Below, in pieces: positions 47,295-60,491 of a DNA stretch of 64,000 nucleotides. The notes below the pieces were generated by a model. The model saw only the letters and a program-made list of their open reading frames with translations. It made no database searches and was not told the origin of the DNA. The stretch's first letter is position 1, and the number at the start of each line of letters is the position of its first letter. The DNA comes from Mustelus asterias (Eukaryota): positions 186,001-250,000 of the forward strand of contig NW_027590427.1 of NCBI RefSeq assembly GCF_964213995.1, read 5' to 3'. The position numbers and the translations under genes are program-made.

Positions 47295-47493
47295 GAGCTT
47301 GTACTGTTTCCTTCCCATGATCCTTCAAAAGCAAACAGTTGCGGGTTGGCAATGGGTCCGTGGGCGTCAGTAAAAATAGCTCTCAAGTTTTACCGGCTCT
47401 ACTGTCTTCTGGTGTCAGTTTGAGTGTTGACGCTGCCGGAGAAATGGAGAGCTGGATTTCACCCAGAAAAGCAGCAAAGTTTAAAAACAGTGG

Positions 47494-47522
47494 CGCCCAA
47501 CTTGGGGTTGGAACCCATGTCC
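47494..47522 (-). pseudogene. 3' fragment of tRNA-Lys(CTT)
   Basis: Minus strand GGACATGGGTTCCAACCCCAAGTTGGGCG followed by CCACTGTTTTT. Confidence 0.55.
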
Positions 47523-47621
47523 ATTAACAGTGATAAGTTAATGTTGTTCAGCAGAATTACCACAAGACGGTTTATCACAGGTTGATACTAACACTGCAGT
47601 AAAATTAAATGCAGTAGAAAA

Positions 47622-47925
47622 GGACGGCATGATGGCACAGTGGTTAGTAATGATGCGTCACACCGCCATTGGCTCAGGTTAAATTCCTCAGGTCACTGCC
47701 TGTGCGGAGTTTGCACCTTGTCTGCGTGGGTTTCCTCCATGTGCTCCGGTTTCCTTTCCAAACATGTGTGAGTTCGGTTGCTTGGCCATGCTAAATTGAC
47801 CCGCCTGTCAGCGGGATTATCAGGGTAAATATGTGGGTTTCCGGGCATAGGGCGTGGGTGGGATTGTTGTCAGTGCGGACCCGATGGGCCGAACGGTCTC
47901 CTTCTGTACTGTAGGGATTCTACAA
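47622..47925 (+). mobile_element. Older HE1-type SINE
   Basis: Diverged head and core; the empty site is visible in the paralogous block at ~53510-53570. Confidence 0.8.
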
Positions 47926-48128
47926 GAATGTTTCATTGTTCATTTTGACTGTAGGAACCAAAAGAGGCAATGCAAGTATAAATTGCTGTGGGTAATTGAC
48001 GAGCTTGTGGAATGGGGCGGATTTTTCTCTCTGCTGTTGGAACTGGCAGCAATATCACTCATGCATTCGATCAAGAAGTAACTGCAACTCCACCTGCATC
48101 ATGTCCTGCAAGAAAACAATAAATCTTC

Positions 48129-48191
48129 ATTTTCTGACCGGGAATCGAACAGTGGTGAAAACAACAAATCCTAACCATTGACCACCAGGGA
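48129..48191 (-). pseudogene. tRNA-Glu(TTC) pseudogene with a deletion
   Basis: TCCCTGGTGGTCAATGGTTAGGATTTGTTGTTTTCACCACT-GTTCGATTCCCGGTCAG. Confidence 0.75.
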
Positions 48192-48309
48192 AACTGCCTG
48201 CAATGGTTTTAATCTCGCCTATCTATGGTAACTTGGCGCATTTTTTTCAATTTCAGCGGGGTTTTTTTGTATTCCAGGGACATGTCCGTCTGACAAGAGC
48301 CTCTTGATA

Positions 48310-48925
48310 TAAACAAATTTCCTGCGGATGCTGGAATCTGAAACAAGGTCAAAAAATGCCAGAAAATCTCAACAGGTCTGAAAGCCTCTTTGAAGAGAGA
48401 ATAGAGCTAACGTTCAAAGTCAGGGTGACCTTCGTCGGAGCTGAAGACAAAGAAACGTGGACGAAATTTATACTGTAATGGTGAGGGATATGGGTGAGGG
48501 GTGGGTGGCAAATGTGTCACATATCAATCAAAAAAACATAAAGGCAAATTAAATGGTGGTGATCATGGCTGAGAAGGGTGCTGCAGGCTGCGCATTTAGA
48601 GATCAGAATGTGTTAATGGCAGAACAAAGGAAATGTAGGATTTGGCCCGAGTGGGATGGAGGGAGAGGGGGCAACAAGATGAAAAGTGAGATTTAAATAA
48701 ACAGTGCAAAACATGGAACTCAAAAAATAAATATCGATATAAAAGAAAAAATATTAATTAATAAAAATAATTAGAATAAAATTAAATAAAACAAAATAAA
48801 TGGAAATGGGGTGAAGATGGAGGAAAGGAGATGCTCTGACGTTGTTGAACTCAGTGTTAAGTCTGGAATGCAGTAAGATCCGAATCGTGACATCGGGGGA
48901 TGTTCCTCCAGTTTGCATTGGAATG
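48310..48925. mobile_element. Penelope-like element fragment
   Basis: Starts with the GCGGATGCTGGAATCTGAAAC terminus shared with 20625, 22510, 24340 and 49746; degenerate hammerhead-like core at ~48405-48440 (-). Confidence 0.55.
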
Positions 48926-49745
48926 CCTCTTGATACCATTGTTTATTGCCCCTTCCGTCACATTACTGATGATCAAGAGTAGATTGGTAGTAATGTGGAG
49001 CATTGGATTTGACCTGATTTTTGTAAACCGGGCAATCGTGTGCAAGTTGTAGCATTGGCGATTGATGCCAGTGTTGTAGTTTAGGAACAGCTTAGCTGAA
49101 GCTGCGGCAAATTCTGAAGCGCAATTCTTCAGCACCATTGCCAGAATAATTTTCAGGGCCGTAGCATTTGCTCTTTCCAATGCCTTCAAGTTTTTTTTTC
49201 TTGAAACGGTATGGAACAGTGAAGTGTATCTGTTCTGTTCAGTGTCTACCCCATTCTTGCTCTTTTTCTTTTCTCTCTGTAGATCTGCCTCAGTCCTTCC
49301 CTCTCTCAGTCTAACTATCCATTCCCCTTTTTTGTTTTTGTTCCTTCTCTTCTCTCCCTGCCTGTGTGGAACCAAATTTAACTGAATTGATTCCTGAAAT
49401 GAGGCAGTTGTTGAGCTCGGATTTGATTGAAAGTGGGGGAGGAGACTCAATGGGACATGTGATCTCATCCAATTCCATTCATTTGGTTCATTGCCAATAC
49501 CAGCTCTGACAGCAATGACTTCTGCTGGTGTCCTTGATGGGAAATCTGAGACACTAAATTTAGGATATGATATTTATGAAGGAGGGGGATCACATTCTCC
49601 CACTGTTCGATTTTCACTTACATTACTATAAACGTTATGAACAGCTTTGGTCAAACATGTGATTACTAAAATTTAATGCAGTCGAATGAATCATCATTCA
49701 TTTTGATTCGAGGAACCAGCAGAGAGAATGTAAAGTGAGCAACTG

Positions 49746-49898
49746 GATAAAAGCAAATTACTGTGGATGCTGGAGTCTGAAAGCAAATGTGTCACAGAAA
49801 ACTTTGACAAAGGGTCATCCGGACCGAAACGTCAACTCTTTTCTCTTCTACAGATGCTGCCAGACATAATGTGATTTTCCAGAGTTTTCTCTTTTGGT
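49746..49898. mobile_element. Penelope-like short insertion with an internal inversion and a 15-bp TSD
   Basis: TAAAGTGAGCAACTG at 49731-49745 and 49899-49913. Confidence 0.7.
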
Positions 49899-49983
49899 TA
49901 AAGTGAGCAACTGACGGGCTTGCCGGACGAGTTTAGTTGCTCTACCAGTAAATCGGAGCTGCATCAAGTACGTACGTTGGTAT

Positions 49984-50056
49984 GTTCCTGCAGTGTATTG
50001 GTTATCACGCTCGCCTTGCATCGAGAAAGTCCACGGTTCGAAGCCAGGCAGAAACA
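49984..50056 (+). pseudogene. tRNA-Val-derived pseudogene
   Basis: GTTCCTGCAGTGTATTGGTTATCACGCTCGCCTTGCATCGAGAAAGTCCACGGTTCGAAGCCAGGCAGAAACA. Confidence 0.8.
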
Positions 50057-52504
50057 TTTCCAAATATTGATTGGAACCTTTGTAGGTCAAATAGTTTGGA
50101 TGGGGCACTTTTTGTGCAGTGTGTGCAGGAGGGTTTCCTGACACAATATGTGGATAGGCCGACAAGGGGTGAGGCCACATTGGATTTGGTACTGGGAAAT
50201 GAATCGGGCCAAGTGTTAGATTTGGTTGTGGGAGAGAACTTTGGAGATAGTGACCACAATTCGGTGTCTTTTGTTATTGCAATGGAGAGGGATAGGGCCG
50301 GACGGCAGGGCAAGGCTTACAATTGGGGGAGAGGTAATTATGATGCGATTAGGCAAGAATTAGGGGGCATAAGATGGGAACAGAAACTGTCAGGGAAAGG
50401 CACTGATGAAAAGTGGAACTTTTTCAAGGAACAAATACTGGGTGTCCTTGATAGGTATGTCCCTGTCAGGCAGGGAGGAAATGGCCGAGTGAGGGAACCG
50501 TGGTTCACAAAAGAGGTGGAATGTCTTGTGAAAAGGAAGAGGGAAGCTTATGTAGGGATGAGGAAACAAGGTTCAGATGGCTCGATTGAGGGTTACAAGT
50601 TAGCAAGGAATGAGCTGAAAAAGGGGCTGAGGAGAGCTAGGAGGGGACATGAGAAGTCCTTGGCGGGTCGGATCAAGGAAAACCCCAAGGCTTTTTACTC
50701 TTATGTGAGGAATAAAAGAATGACCAGGGTGAGGTTAGGGCCGGTCAAGGACAGTGGTGGGAACTTGTGTATGGAATCAGTAGAGATAGGCGAGGTGATG
50801 AATGAATACTTTTCTTCAGTGTTCACCAAGGAGAGGGGCCATGTTTTTTCAGGAAGAGAAGGTGTTACAGGCTAATAGGCTGGAGGAAATAGATGTTCGG
50901 AGGGAGGATGTATTGGCAGTTTTGAATAAACTGAAGGTCGATAAGTCCCCTGGGCCTGATGAAATGTATCCTAGGATTCTTTGGGAGGCGAGGGATGAGA
51001 TTGCAGAGCCTTTGGCTTTGATCTTTGGGTCCTCGCTGTCCACGGGGATGGTGCCAGAGGACTGGAGAGTGGCAAATGTTGTTCTTCTGTTTAAGAAAGG
51101 GAATAGAAATGACCCTGGTAATTATAGACCGGTTAGTCTGACTTCGGTGGTTGGTAAATTGATGGAAAAGGTCCTTAGGGATGGGATTTACGACCATTTA
51201 GAAAGATGCGGATTAATCCGGGATAGTCAGCACGGATTTGTGAAGGGCAAATCGTGCCTCATAAATTTGATAGAATTTTTTGAGGAGGTAACTAGGTGTG
51301 TTGATGAAGGTAGGGCGGTTGATGTCATATACATGGATTTTAGTAAGGCGTTTGATAAGGTCCCCCATGGTCGGCTTATGATGAAAGTAAGGAGGTGTGG
51401 GATAGAGGGAACGTTGGCCGATTGGATAGGTAACTGGCTATCTGATCGAAGACAGAGGGTGGTGGTGGATGGAAAATTTTCGGACTGGAGGCAGGTTGCT
51501 AGCGGAGTGCCGCAGGGATCGGTGCTTGGTCCTCTGCTCTTTGTGATTTTTATTAATGACTTAGAGGAGGGGGCTGAAGGGTGGATCAGTAAATTTGCTG
51601 ATGACACCAAGATTGGTGGAGTAGTGGATGAGGTGGAGGGCTGTTGTAGGCTGCAAAGAGACATAGATAGGATGCAAAGCTGGGCTGAAAAATGGCAAAT
51701 GGAGTTTAACCCTGATAAATGTGAGGTGATTCATTTTGGTAGCACTAATTTAAATGTGGATTACAGGGTCAAAGGTAGGGTTCTGAAGACTGTGGAGGAA
51801 CAGAGAGATCTTGGGGTCCATATCCACAGATCTCTAAAGGTTGCCACTCAAGTGGATAGAGCTGTGAAGAAGGCATATAGTGTGTTAGCTTTTATTAACA
51901 GGGGGTTGGAGTTTAAGAGCCGTGGGGTTATGCTGCAACTGTACAGGACCTTGGTGAGACCGCATTTGGAATATTGCGTGCAGTTCTGGTCACCTCACTA
52001 TAAGAAGGATGTGGAAGCGCTGGAAAGAGTGCAGAGGAGATTTACCAGGATGCTGCCTGGTTTCGAGTGTCGGTCTTATGAGGAAAGGTTGAGGGAGCTG
52101 GGGCTGTTCTCTCTGGAGCGGAGGAGATTGAGGGGAGACTTAATAGAGGTTTATAAAATGATGAAGGGGATAGATCGAGTGAACGTTCAAAGACTATTTC
52201 CTCGGGTGGATGGAGCTATTACCAGGGGGCATAACTATAGGGTTCATGGTGGGAGATATAGGAAGGATATCAGAGGTAGGTTCTTCACGCAGAGAGTGGT
52301 TGGGGTGTGGAATGGATTGCCTGCAGTGATAGTGGAGTCAGACACTTTAGGAACATTTAAGCGGTTATTGGATAGGCACATGGAGCACACCAGGATGGTA
52401 GGGAGTGGGATAGCTTGATCTTGGTTTCAGATGAAGGTCGGCACAACATCGTGGGCCGAAGGGCCTGTTCTGTGCTGTAATGTTCTATGTTCTATGTTCT
52501 ATGG
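50057..52504 (+). mobile_element. Young CR1/HER1 LINE: C-terminal half of the APE endonuclease plus RT, one frameshift near 50845
   Basis: FPNIDW...PTRGEATLDLVL...SDH (endonuclease) in 49982..50875 and the full RT motif set in 50802..52418; (TTCTATG)3 tail. Confidence 0.96.
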
Positions 52505-53202
52505 CTTTGTTTCAAAATGGTTCAGATTACAGAGTTATTCTCGTTTATCACGAAACATTAGTTGAACTATTGAGCTTTCTACGGCATTTCAGGCGGAAAT
52601 AACTCAGTAAAGAATATAAAAGGGAAGGTCTGTGACAGTGAGCAAGACAGGATGGATTAACTGACACAAGGAATAACGGTCAAGGGCAACATTGGTTGGT
52701 TCCGGTTATTTTTAAACTTTGCTGCTTTTCTCAGTGTACTCCAGCTCTCCATTCCTCCCGCAGTGTCACCGCTCAAACTGAGCCTTTCTCCATCCCGCTT
52801 TGTAAATTTCACAATTACTGCTTTCTGAATGAAAACTGCTTGCAATCAGTCGAAGTCAAATAGTTTAGTATTTCATTTATGGAGAGGTTTTCTTGTAATT
52901 TAGCCCGAGAATGTTATCCAGAAATGAGTGCTATTTCTGTCAATACAAACGGTTAAATCTGACCCATTACCACCCAGATTTTACCTTGTATCACCATCTC
53001 TATAGGCAGCGTTTTGCATCATATCACTGTTTTTCACTATTTGTGTTTGTTCTTGACCTATTGCACGTGTGACATTTCCAACTCGGAAGCAAAAATGCAA
53101 ATCTCACTCCACCGATTCTGGCAGAGCTGCTTTGGACCAGGAAGTATTGCTGTTTTGTTTATAAAAATAATTAAGTCTTAATATATCGAACGCAGCCTGC
53201 GA

Positions 53203-53241
53203 CCCTGAAAGCGCCAAATCCTAACCACGAGACCACCAGGA
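53203..53241 (-). pseudogene. 5' half of tRNA-Glu(TTC)
   Basis: TCCTGGTGGTCTCGTGGTTAGGATTTGGCGCTTTCA. Confidence 0.7.
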
Positions 53242-53398
53242 TCCCATCTGCCTGATTTTCCGAGAGACTGATTACAGGAATATGCACAGCGCCAATTGTC
53301 CACAAGTCACACACTCCTTTCTGTCTGTTAAGATTTGAAATTCTTCATATTTTCACATTGGCTTCCAGTGTGATGAAAGCAGAGCTCTGATCAGCTGA

Positions 53399-53477
53399 TG
53401 TTGTTCAGTCAAGTTACCACAGTAAGGTTGATATCTGCTGTTGTTCAGTCAAGTTACCACAGTAAGGTTGATATCTG
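53399..53477 (+). repeat. Perfect tandem duplication with a 40-bp period
   Basis: TGTTGTTCAGTCAAGTTACCACAGTAAGGTTGATATCTG occurs twice. Confidence 0.95.
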
Positions 53478-53697
53478 TTCGATGCTAACATTGCTCTTTG
53501 AATGTGATCAGCTGCAGTAAAATTTAATGCAGTTGAAGGTAGCGTACTCATTTTTACAGGAGCAACCAGCAAGGGCAATGTAAATATGAATTGGTGTGGG
53601 TAATTGACGGGATTGTGCAACGGGACTGATATTTCTCCCTGCTGTTCAAATTGGCACAAGTATTGAGCGACGATTTTCAGATGGTTGCCGTGAGTTG

Positions 53698-53770
53698 GGT
53701 TTCGTGGTGTAATGGTGAGCACTCTGGACTTTGAATCCAGCAATCCGAGTTCAAATCTCGGCTGGAGCCT
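53698..53770 (+). tRNA. tRNA-Gln-TTG: tRNA-Gln(TTG), variant or recent pseudogene
   Basis: GGTTTCGTGGTGTAATGGTGAGCACTCTGGACTTTGAATCCAGCAATCCGAGTTCAAATCTCGGCTGGAGCCT; one extra C, three G-U pairs in the acceptor stem. Confidence 0.8.
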
Positions 53771-54026
53771 TGCTTTAATTTGCAAAGGCAGATGATTGAT
53801 TTGCTGAAGGGCGCTTCGTTTCAATTTCTCACAAAGCAAGAACAGAGAGGACAATTTGTCAGCCAGTTCAACTGCTATTACAATGCACATTGCTGAGCCT
53901 CAGGCGCCAGATCCCTGCAACGTTAGTGTTTTTCATCTTTTCGCTGTTCTTTAACTCCTCTGTTGAAAAAAAGCAGTTGGTGTCACACAATAACAATTCG
54001 ACTGGAGTCTGGCAATTATTGAGCAA

Positions 54027-54071
54027 GTGTGTGAGCGCGTGTGTGTGTGTGTGAGCGAGAGAGAGAGTGTG

Positions 54072-54101
<30 letters not shown>
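54027..54101. repeat. Compound (GT)n/(GA)n microsatellite
   Basis: Direct reading. Confidence 0.95.
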
Positions 54102-54105
<4 letters not shown>

Positions 54106-54446
54106 GGGATAAAAGTCGACTGTCTTCCGTCAGAGTGCTGTTGATTCCACGGGTAACGTGTCGCACTCTGGCCTCTCACCGCCTAACTTTTGTTTAAATT
54201 GAGACAGATAACAGAGTGAATTACACCGCTAGGTGGACACAGTGCCCACTGTAGCTTCCCTGCCTCTCAGCGCTTTGTATTCTTGAGCAATCGTTCTCTG
54301 GGGCTGATGCAATGACGCCAAGAGAGTCATTCGCTGCAACATCTGCAATGTGATTGCGGTGTAATTTGCTGAAATTTCCACTTTCTGAGAATTTAAAATT
54401 AAATTCCCTTCAGCAAACCCATTATCTCCTTCAGCAAAAAAAAGCA

Positions 54447-54519
54447 ATCTTTTACCATGCTCTGAACTCCGATTACTGCATTCGGAGTCCAGGGTGCTCA
54501 CCATCACAGCACAGAAACA
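54447..54519 (-). pseudogene. tRNA-Gln pseudogene, inverted copy
   Basis: GTGATGGTGAGCACCCTGGACTCCGAATGCAGTAATCGGAGTTCAG; 3' flank resembles that of the 53698 copy. Confidence 0.7.
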
Positions 54520-54639
54520 GGAACAGAGCCACCTGATGCAAATGGTCACTCAAAGCATGTGACCTTTTTCATTCAATGTGGCAGCAACAGCAAGTGAATC
54601 AAATGCTTTGAGTGATTTGCAGCCGGCTGCTATGTTGTA

Positions 54640-54705
54640 GGTTCTCTGGTCTAATGGTGAACACTCTGATCCCAACAAACCGCGTCTAAATTTAGGTGGA
54701 TCCTT
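54640..54705 (+). pseudogene. tRNA-Gln pseudogene, highly degenerate
   Basis: GGTTCTCTGGTCTAATGGTGAACACTCTG...GGTGGATCCT, with a 3' flank matching 53771-53930. Confidence 0.6.
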
Positions 54706-56418
54706 GCTCTTATTTGCCATTGCTGAGGATTGATTTGTCGAAGGAACTTTTGTTTAAATTCCTTACAACGCATTAATTGCGGTGGGGGGGGGGGGGGAGG
54801 GGTGGGGGGGGGAGTGGAATTTGTCAGCCAGTTCAACTTCTATTACATTGCACTTTTCTGAGTCTCTGGCGAGAGATGCCTGCATCAGCAATGTTTTTTA
54901 TTTATTTCATCTTTCTCTGCTCTTTAAATCCCCGCTTGTTTTCCATATCCTTTTAATTAGTTTTTTAAGTTGGAAATATATCTATCTTCTTATTGAAATC
55001 ATCCAGCGATTCAGACTCCACCGTGCTATGGGGCAGCGAGTTCCACCAATTCACCACACTCTGCGAGAAGTACTTCCTTCTCATCTCACTTTTAAATCCA
55101 CCGCCTCTCAATCTATACCTGTGACCTCTTGTTCGGGATGGTTTACGTTTAATCGATCGATCCCTTTTAGAATTATATTGCCTCGGTCAGATCCCCTCTC
55201 ATCCTTCTAAACTTCAGCATCTTGTGGGACTATTTCACCTTACTGTCAATTTCATGATGCAGCGAACTCAACCCGTGTTGTCATTGGCTGAAGGAGGCAC
55301 TTATGTACCATCCAAACAGGAGATTTTGAAGGAGCAACTTGTCGATGGTAAAACCAATCTGAGATGAAAATAATGAGCAAAGGAATATGAGGTCAATCGG
55401 TTTGAGAAACTAAGTTCACTAGTTGCCCTGGAGTCCACTGGTTTGTGTTCCGCACTCTGCTAGTGAGGTTTGGGTTCAATTCTCTCTCAGGAAAATAATT
55501 ACTGCTCTGGCAAAACTGTTAGAAATAATCCGATTTACTCTCTGATCGGAAGCGGAGCTATTAAATTCAGTCGAGTGATATTTTCAAGTTTACTTCATTG
55601 GAAAGATCACAAGTGCAAACGTTCATGGAAAGACACTGAAAGAGAAGGACAGCAATGGGCTGCAAAAGGCTGCCAATAGAGCTGGTGATATAAGGAAAAA
55701 TCTGGATGGCAATGGGTCAGATCTTCCCATGTACACTGGCACTGAATTATGAAACTTATCCCTCACTCTTCAATGAAAAACATTTCGAAATATTTCAGTG
55801 CGGTTTGAACCGTCGGAAGCGAAAGTGACAACAGTCGAGAGTATTTGCGGCATGTTGTCATTGGCTGGACACATCATTGGGAGTGAATCAGAACGTGCCA
55901 TTTTGCAGGAGAATATTGTTTGTGGTGAAAGTGGTCTGGAGTAAAAATTACAATAACAAAAGGAGCGTGGATGAAGCAAATTGTAAAACACGCTGTAACT
56001 TGGTGGTCAGAGTTGGATACTGCTCTTTTGATTGCAGATCAGAAAATGAAGATTTGCTGCTCTCGCCCAAACCGTGAAACCAAATAAGTTATTTCCTGGA
56101 AATGCATAGAAATCTCAGTCTCGCCTTGTGCCCTGTCCTTTCTGAAGTAAAGACCCTGAGCAAATTCAGCAGAAAGTTTTATTGTAATTTCTGGCAGGAG
56201 ATTGGGAAGCAGACGAGTTTGTGGACAGTTTAAATGGTGCCAACTCTTAAATGCAGCTCATTGTTTTTCTGACTGGAGATGATTTCTGTTTGTTACGCAT
56301 TTCAGGATGACAAAATTCAATAAAAAATCAGGTTGGAGATTTCTGCTGGCCCTTCCCATCTCTATTCCTTCTAAATTATTTCACTAACTATATCAATAAA
56401 TTACATGATTACAACGTG

Positions 56419-56488
56419 TGTACGCGAGGCCGAGCGGTCTAAAGCTCCAATCTCAGCGGAGACATGGGTTTAAATCCCACCGCTGCCA
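56419..56488 (+). pseudogene. tRNA-Leu (AAG/TAG type) pseudogene lacking most of the anticodon arm
   Basis: GGCCGAGCGGTCTAAAGCTCCAATCTC...GGGTTTAAATCCCACCGCTGCCA. Confidence 0.75.
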
Positions 56489-57944
56489 GAATTAACGTGG
56501 GTTTTGGTCCTTCCATTTAAAGTCTGATAGCTCATCTTGAATGAAAGAGTGTGAGCGGTGTCGTTTCTGGCAGGAACAACGAGGCGAGACAGTCCCAGCC
56601 GTTAGGGGAAAGGAACGTGTGCGGAAGGAATGGATTTTTCCTTTAAAGAGCGCACAAAGGAACATAGGCTGAATGACTGTCTGCCAGTATAAACAAAAGA
56701 TTGAAAACCGACCCACCGATGATTTGGGGTTTTCCAACTGAAGTTCAAATCATTTCCTGTCCGCTTCCCATCAATCCTCTATCTAACCAGATAGGTACAT
56801 AATTATCCTGGCGTAACCGTGAAACCATTCCCTTTTAATTTCATTTACTTATGTTCTCATCAGATGTGACTTGACATGTTTAATTAGAACACAAATGATT
56901 TTTCAACCAATAATAATAGCTATTGCTGTTATTTGTAACATGAAATCGATAGTGAGGCGAAATAGCCCCACAAGCTGTTCATGTGTATTCCAATTTTCAG
57001 AAGCCACCAATCTCACCTCTGTTGATCCTGTGAAATTCACAAGGTAACACGCAACAGATATTTATCGCTGAAAGTAACTGGCACACATCAAATTCTGCCG
57101 CTTTCATCTGTAATTTGTTTCTGAAGTGTGGCAGTTATTGCATTCACCTTTTCGAAAAGTGCAAGACGTTATTATTAAAAATCAGTCAACTCTCAGTGTG
57201 AGGAAAAGTTGTCTCATTCCCGCTTGTTGTTAACTATTAAGGGATTACATTATCTCACAGCCATATGATATTTGCACTTCTTCAAATTTTGAATCAGACT
57301 TTACAAAATGCCTGCTCACGTATCAGCCATTTAAGATAGAGACAAGGAGATACTTTTTCCATCAAAGGTGTGTGAATCTTTGACATTCTCCAGCCCAGCG
57401 ATCTGTGAATCCTCAATGATTAGGATATTGAAGGCTGAGATAGAGTGTATTTTGGAATCGAAGGGAATTAAGGGCTTTCGAGATAGGGTGGGTAATTTAT
57501 GTTGAGTCTGGGGATCTGCCAACATTTTACTAAGTGGTGGAGGATGCTCAGTTTGACATTTGACTAAACGCTGCTCCATTTATTCTGTTCACTGGCAATG
57601 CCAGAGATGGCAGCCACCTTTTGCACTGTCAGCGATCATGAGAAATTTAAACTATTGAATTGAGGGAAACGGTATCTGTGGAGGAATGGGATCGAATCCC
57701 ACCTCTGTCAGTTATCCTGCTGACTTTAAAGGTAACTAAAAAGCTTTGCCCGAACATGTGATCACAAAAATTTAATGCATTGGAATGCATAATGTGACAC
57801 AATGCACAATGCATAATGCATTGTGACAGAAGGAACCAGCAGAAGCAATGCAAATGTAAATTAATGTGAGGAGTTCAAGGGCTTGCAAAACCAGTTTAGT
57901 TGCTCCTCCAGAAAGCCAGATCTGCTTCCATTTCGAATATCGTC

Positions 57945-58017
57945 ATTTTTCTGTAGTGTGGTGGTTATCACATTCTCCTCATACGTGAAAGTTTTCAGCG
58001 TCGAAACCGGGCTGGGG
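57945..58017 (+). pseudogene. tRNA-Val pseudogene, paralog of the 49984 copy
   Basis: TTTCTGTAGTGTGGTGGTTATCACATTCTCCTCATACGTGAAAG...TCGAAACCGGGC; both flanks match those around 49984 and 52504. Confidence 0.75.
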
Positions 58018-58889
58018 CTTTTCAGAATGCTTTTAATTTCAGAATTATTCTCGTTTGTCACTAGACATTAACTAATCTGCTGAGTATTTCCAACATTTTA
58101 AAATCATAGTGTCAGGAACCACGCCGTAAAAAAAAAAGAACACAAGGCGGGTCCAGGATAAATAGCAAGAAAGGATGGATTAACTGACACAAGGAATGAT
58201 AGACAGGGCAAAATTGAGCGGGTGATAGTGGAGCCCGGGTGGTTCAGTGTTTGAGAGTCAATGCTTTCAACGCCAGGGCCCGGGACTGATGACAAACGGT
58301 TAACTGAACAGCACAATTTGAAGATGGAAATTGCTCAGACCCAGGAAGTGAAATAATGTGAACACAAGTGGAAATAACGCATTTTGATGCAATTGTTTAT
58401 AAGATGTAAAAATGTCAGTGTAACAATGTTTTCATGAATGTTATTTGACTTGAAGTATTACGTACACTGGTGATGATCATCTAATTTCCAATGTCTCACA
58501 TCAGCTTCCTTGGGGGTATAGAGGTATGGCTTCAGTGACATGTAGCAGATTTGATTCTCAGCCATGGAGTGAATAACTTTTTGTTGATTTCTTCATTAAA
58601 TGAAAACAGACCTCACAGTGTCTGTGAAGGGTGTAACACGATTAATCTTTTAGCTGGATGAACTTGTACCAGAGCTGGAAATTTCAGAGTTGAGCTCTAA
58701 AGAAGGATACCATGGCATTCATTCTTCAGTTAAAGTAACGGACACACTCTGCCTCTATCAAGTTGCATCTTTTAACTCTGCTCCCCATCTCACATTTCCA
58801 CATCTTTCAAACATCACCCACCTGAAAATCCAGCCTGTTCCTCACTTCACCGACAATGAGGCACTCACTCTGCGCTCTTAATGGCAATT

Positions 58890-58957
58890 GGTTCCATAGC
58901 TCAGTGATTAGATGGTTGGTTTTGTAAGCCTGGGCTCGTGAGTTCTCGCTGGAGCTT
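58890..58957 (+). pseudogene. tRNA-Thr(TGT) pseudogene
   Basis: GGTTCCATAGCTCAGTGATTAGA...TGGTTTTGTAAGCCTGGGCTCGTGAGTTCTCGCTGGAGCT; T-loop deleted. Confidence 0.75.
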
Positions 58958-60164
58958 CAGCTTAAAACACATCTGATCTCTAGGGATAAGGCAGCGAGAC
59001 TGGCCATACGGCAAGTTTTAATGCACAGGCAAGGGCGGGTTCAATTTTGGAAAGTGAATAGGCATTCACCTTTTCGTAAAAATAGAAAGAGCAGAACATT
59101 TTTGAAAAGGTGGGAACGTTGGTGCTGACATTCAAAGAATCCGAGGTGTATTTGTAGATGGAATGCATAAAGCTGGCGTTGAGTTGCAGCAAACATTTAG
59201 GAAAGGGGAATTACAGTTTTGCCTTTGTTGCCGGTAGACTGGAGAACAAGAATAACGAATTGTTGCTGCAGTTGTACAAGGTTTTGCGGGGAACACATGT
59301 GGAACATTCTGCGCAGTTTTAATACCCAATAATTACAAACTATGGGACAAAATGGATGAACAGTAACTGACATAAGTTGAATGTATGATTACATATGTAG
59401 AACTGGAAACCAGCATCACACCGAGTGAATCAGCTTTCTGCTTAAATGTTGCTCAGTGAAAGTTTCAACAATCCTCCACTGTGTAACATACGGGCACAGA
59501 GTCAATAAGCAATATCCACTCGAAAGTAAAAGAGAACGTGATAATCTGTCTCCCAACTGTCAAACATCTTGTGATTTTCTGTACCATTTACCATGAAGAT
59601 TCATCAAATAAGTGAATGCAGATGGTAACAATGTGTTCACCCTTTCGGGAAACTGAATCATATTGATGGACAAAGAGGGACACACGCAGACACCGAGAGT
59701 GACAAAGGCCCGAGGAATCGCAAACACCCATAAATCAAGGATGTCACCAAATTGGATTCAGTTTTCATCCATTTCCGGCTGGGGTTTTGGTAAATTCTCG
59801 TTGATGAATAGAAATTAAGGAATGCGGATTTGAAGCAGGAAAAATGGGCCTGAATATTTGGAAGGTTTTGATTTTATTGAACGAATTCTGGAGTACCGAA
59901 GAGAATGGAAGCTGAGCATTCCAGTGGGTGCTGTTCAAATCTTCCTCGGAAAACAACAATGGATATCAGATCCATTACCAAAATCACTTGGACAGCACGT
60001 CAACGAGTTAATGAGTTAGTGTCACTCATACGAAATCATAGAATAGTTACAGCAACAAAGAGGAACATTCGGCCTGACGAGTTCACCCTAAAATCAGCAC
60101 GCACCATCGGTTTTTGTTCTTACCACAATACCAATCACTGAACAGCCAAAGGAGAAGAAACTTG

Positions 60165-60247
60165 GGGCAGTGGTGGGATGTGAACACACGCTTGCTTTCG
60201 AAACTATAGCTTAAATCTAGTGCACTAGACTTCTCAGCCACGCTACG
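60165..60247 (-). pseudogene. tRNA-Leu pseudogene
   Basis: GTAGCGTGGCTGAGAAGTCTAG...GCGTGTGTTCACATCCCACCACTGCC. Confidence 0.7.
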
Positions 60248-60491
60248 ACTAGAACACACAGCGGGTTAGGAATAGAACTTCTAGCCCATCGACTCTCTCA
60301 TAATATCTTCGCAACACAGACAAGGACTTATTTCCCATCTGTTTTATATCTGACTTTTCCAGCTCTGATGAAGCATCATCCAGCTGGAAGATTCACTCTG
60401 TTTCCCATTCCTTGGATGCTACCAGATCTAGTTTAACTGAATGAGGAATTCAGTTTAAATTTGTCAGTTCACCCAGCAACGCAAAATAGTT

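Noticed and set aside
47485-47522. CA-G-TGGCGCCCAAC looks like an LTR end plus a tRNA-Lys primer-binding site
   Set aside because: tRNA similarity extends ~30 nt, a T5 run follows on the tRNA strand, no gag/pol or second LTR is visible, and it sits in a tRNA cluster; a tRNA-Lys fragment is simpler.
56025-56045. TTGATTGCAGATCAGAA resembling the tRNA-Cys anticodon arm
   Set aside because: Too short, and no matching D or T arms.
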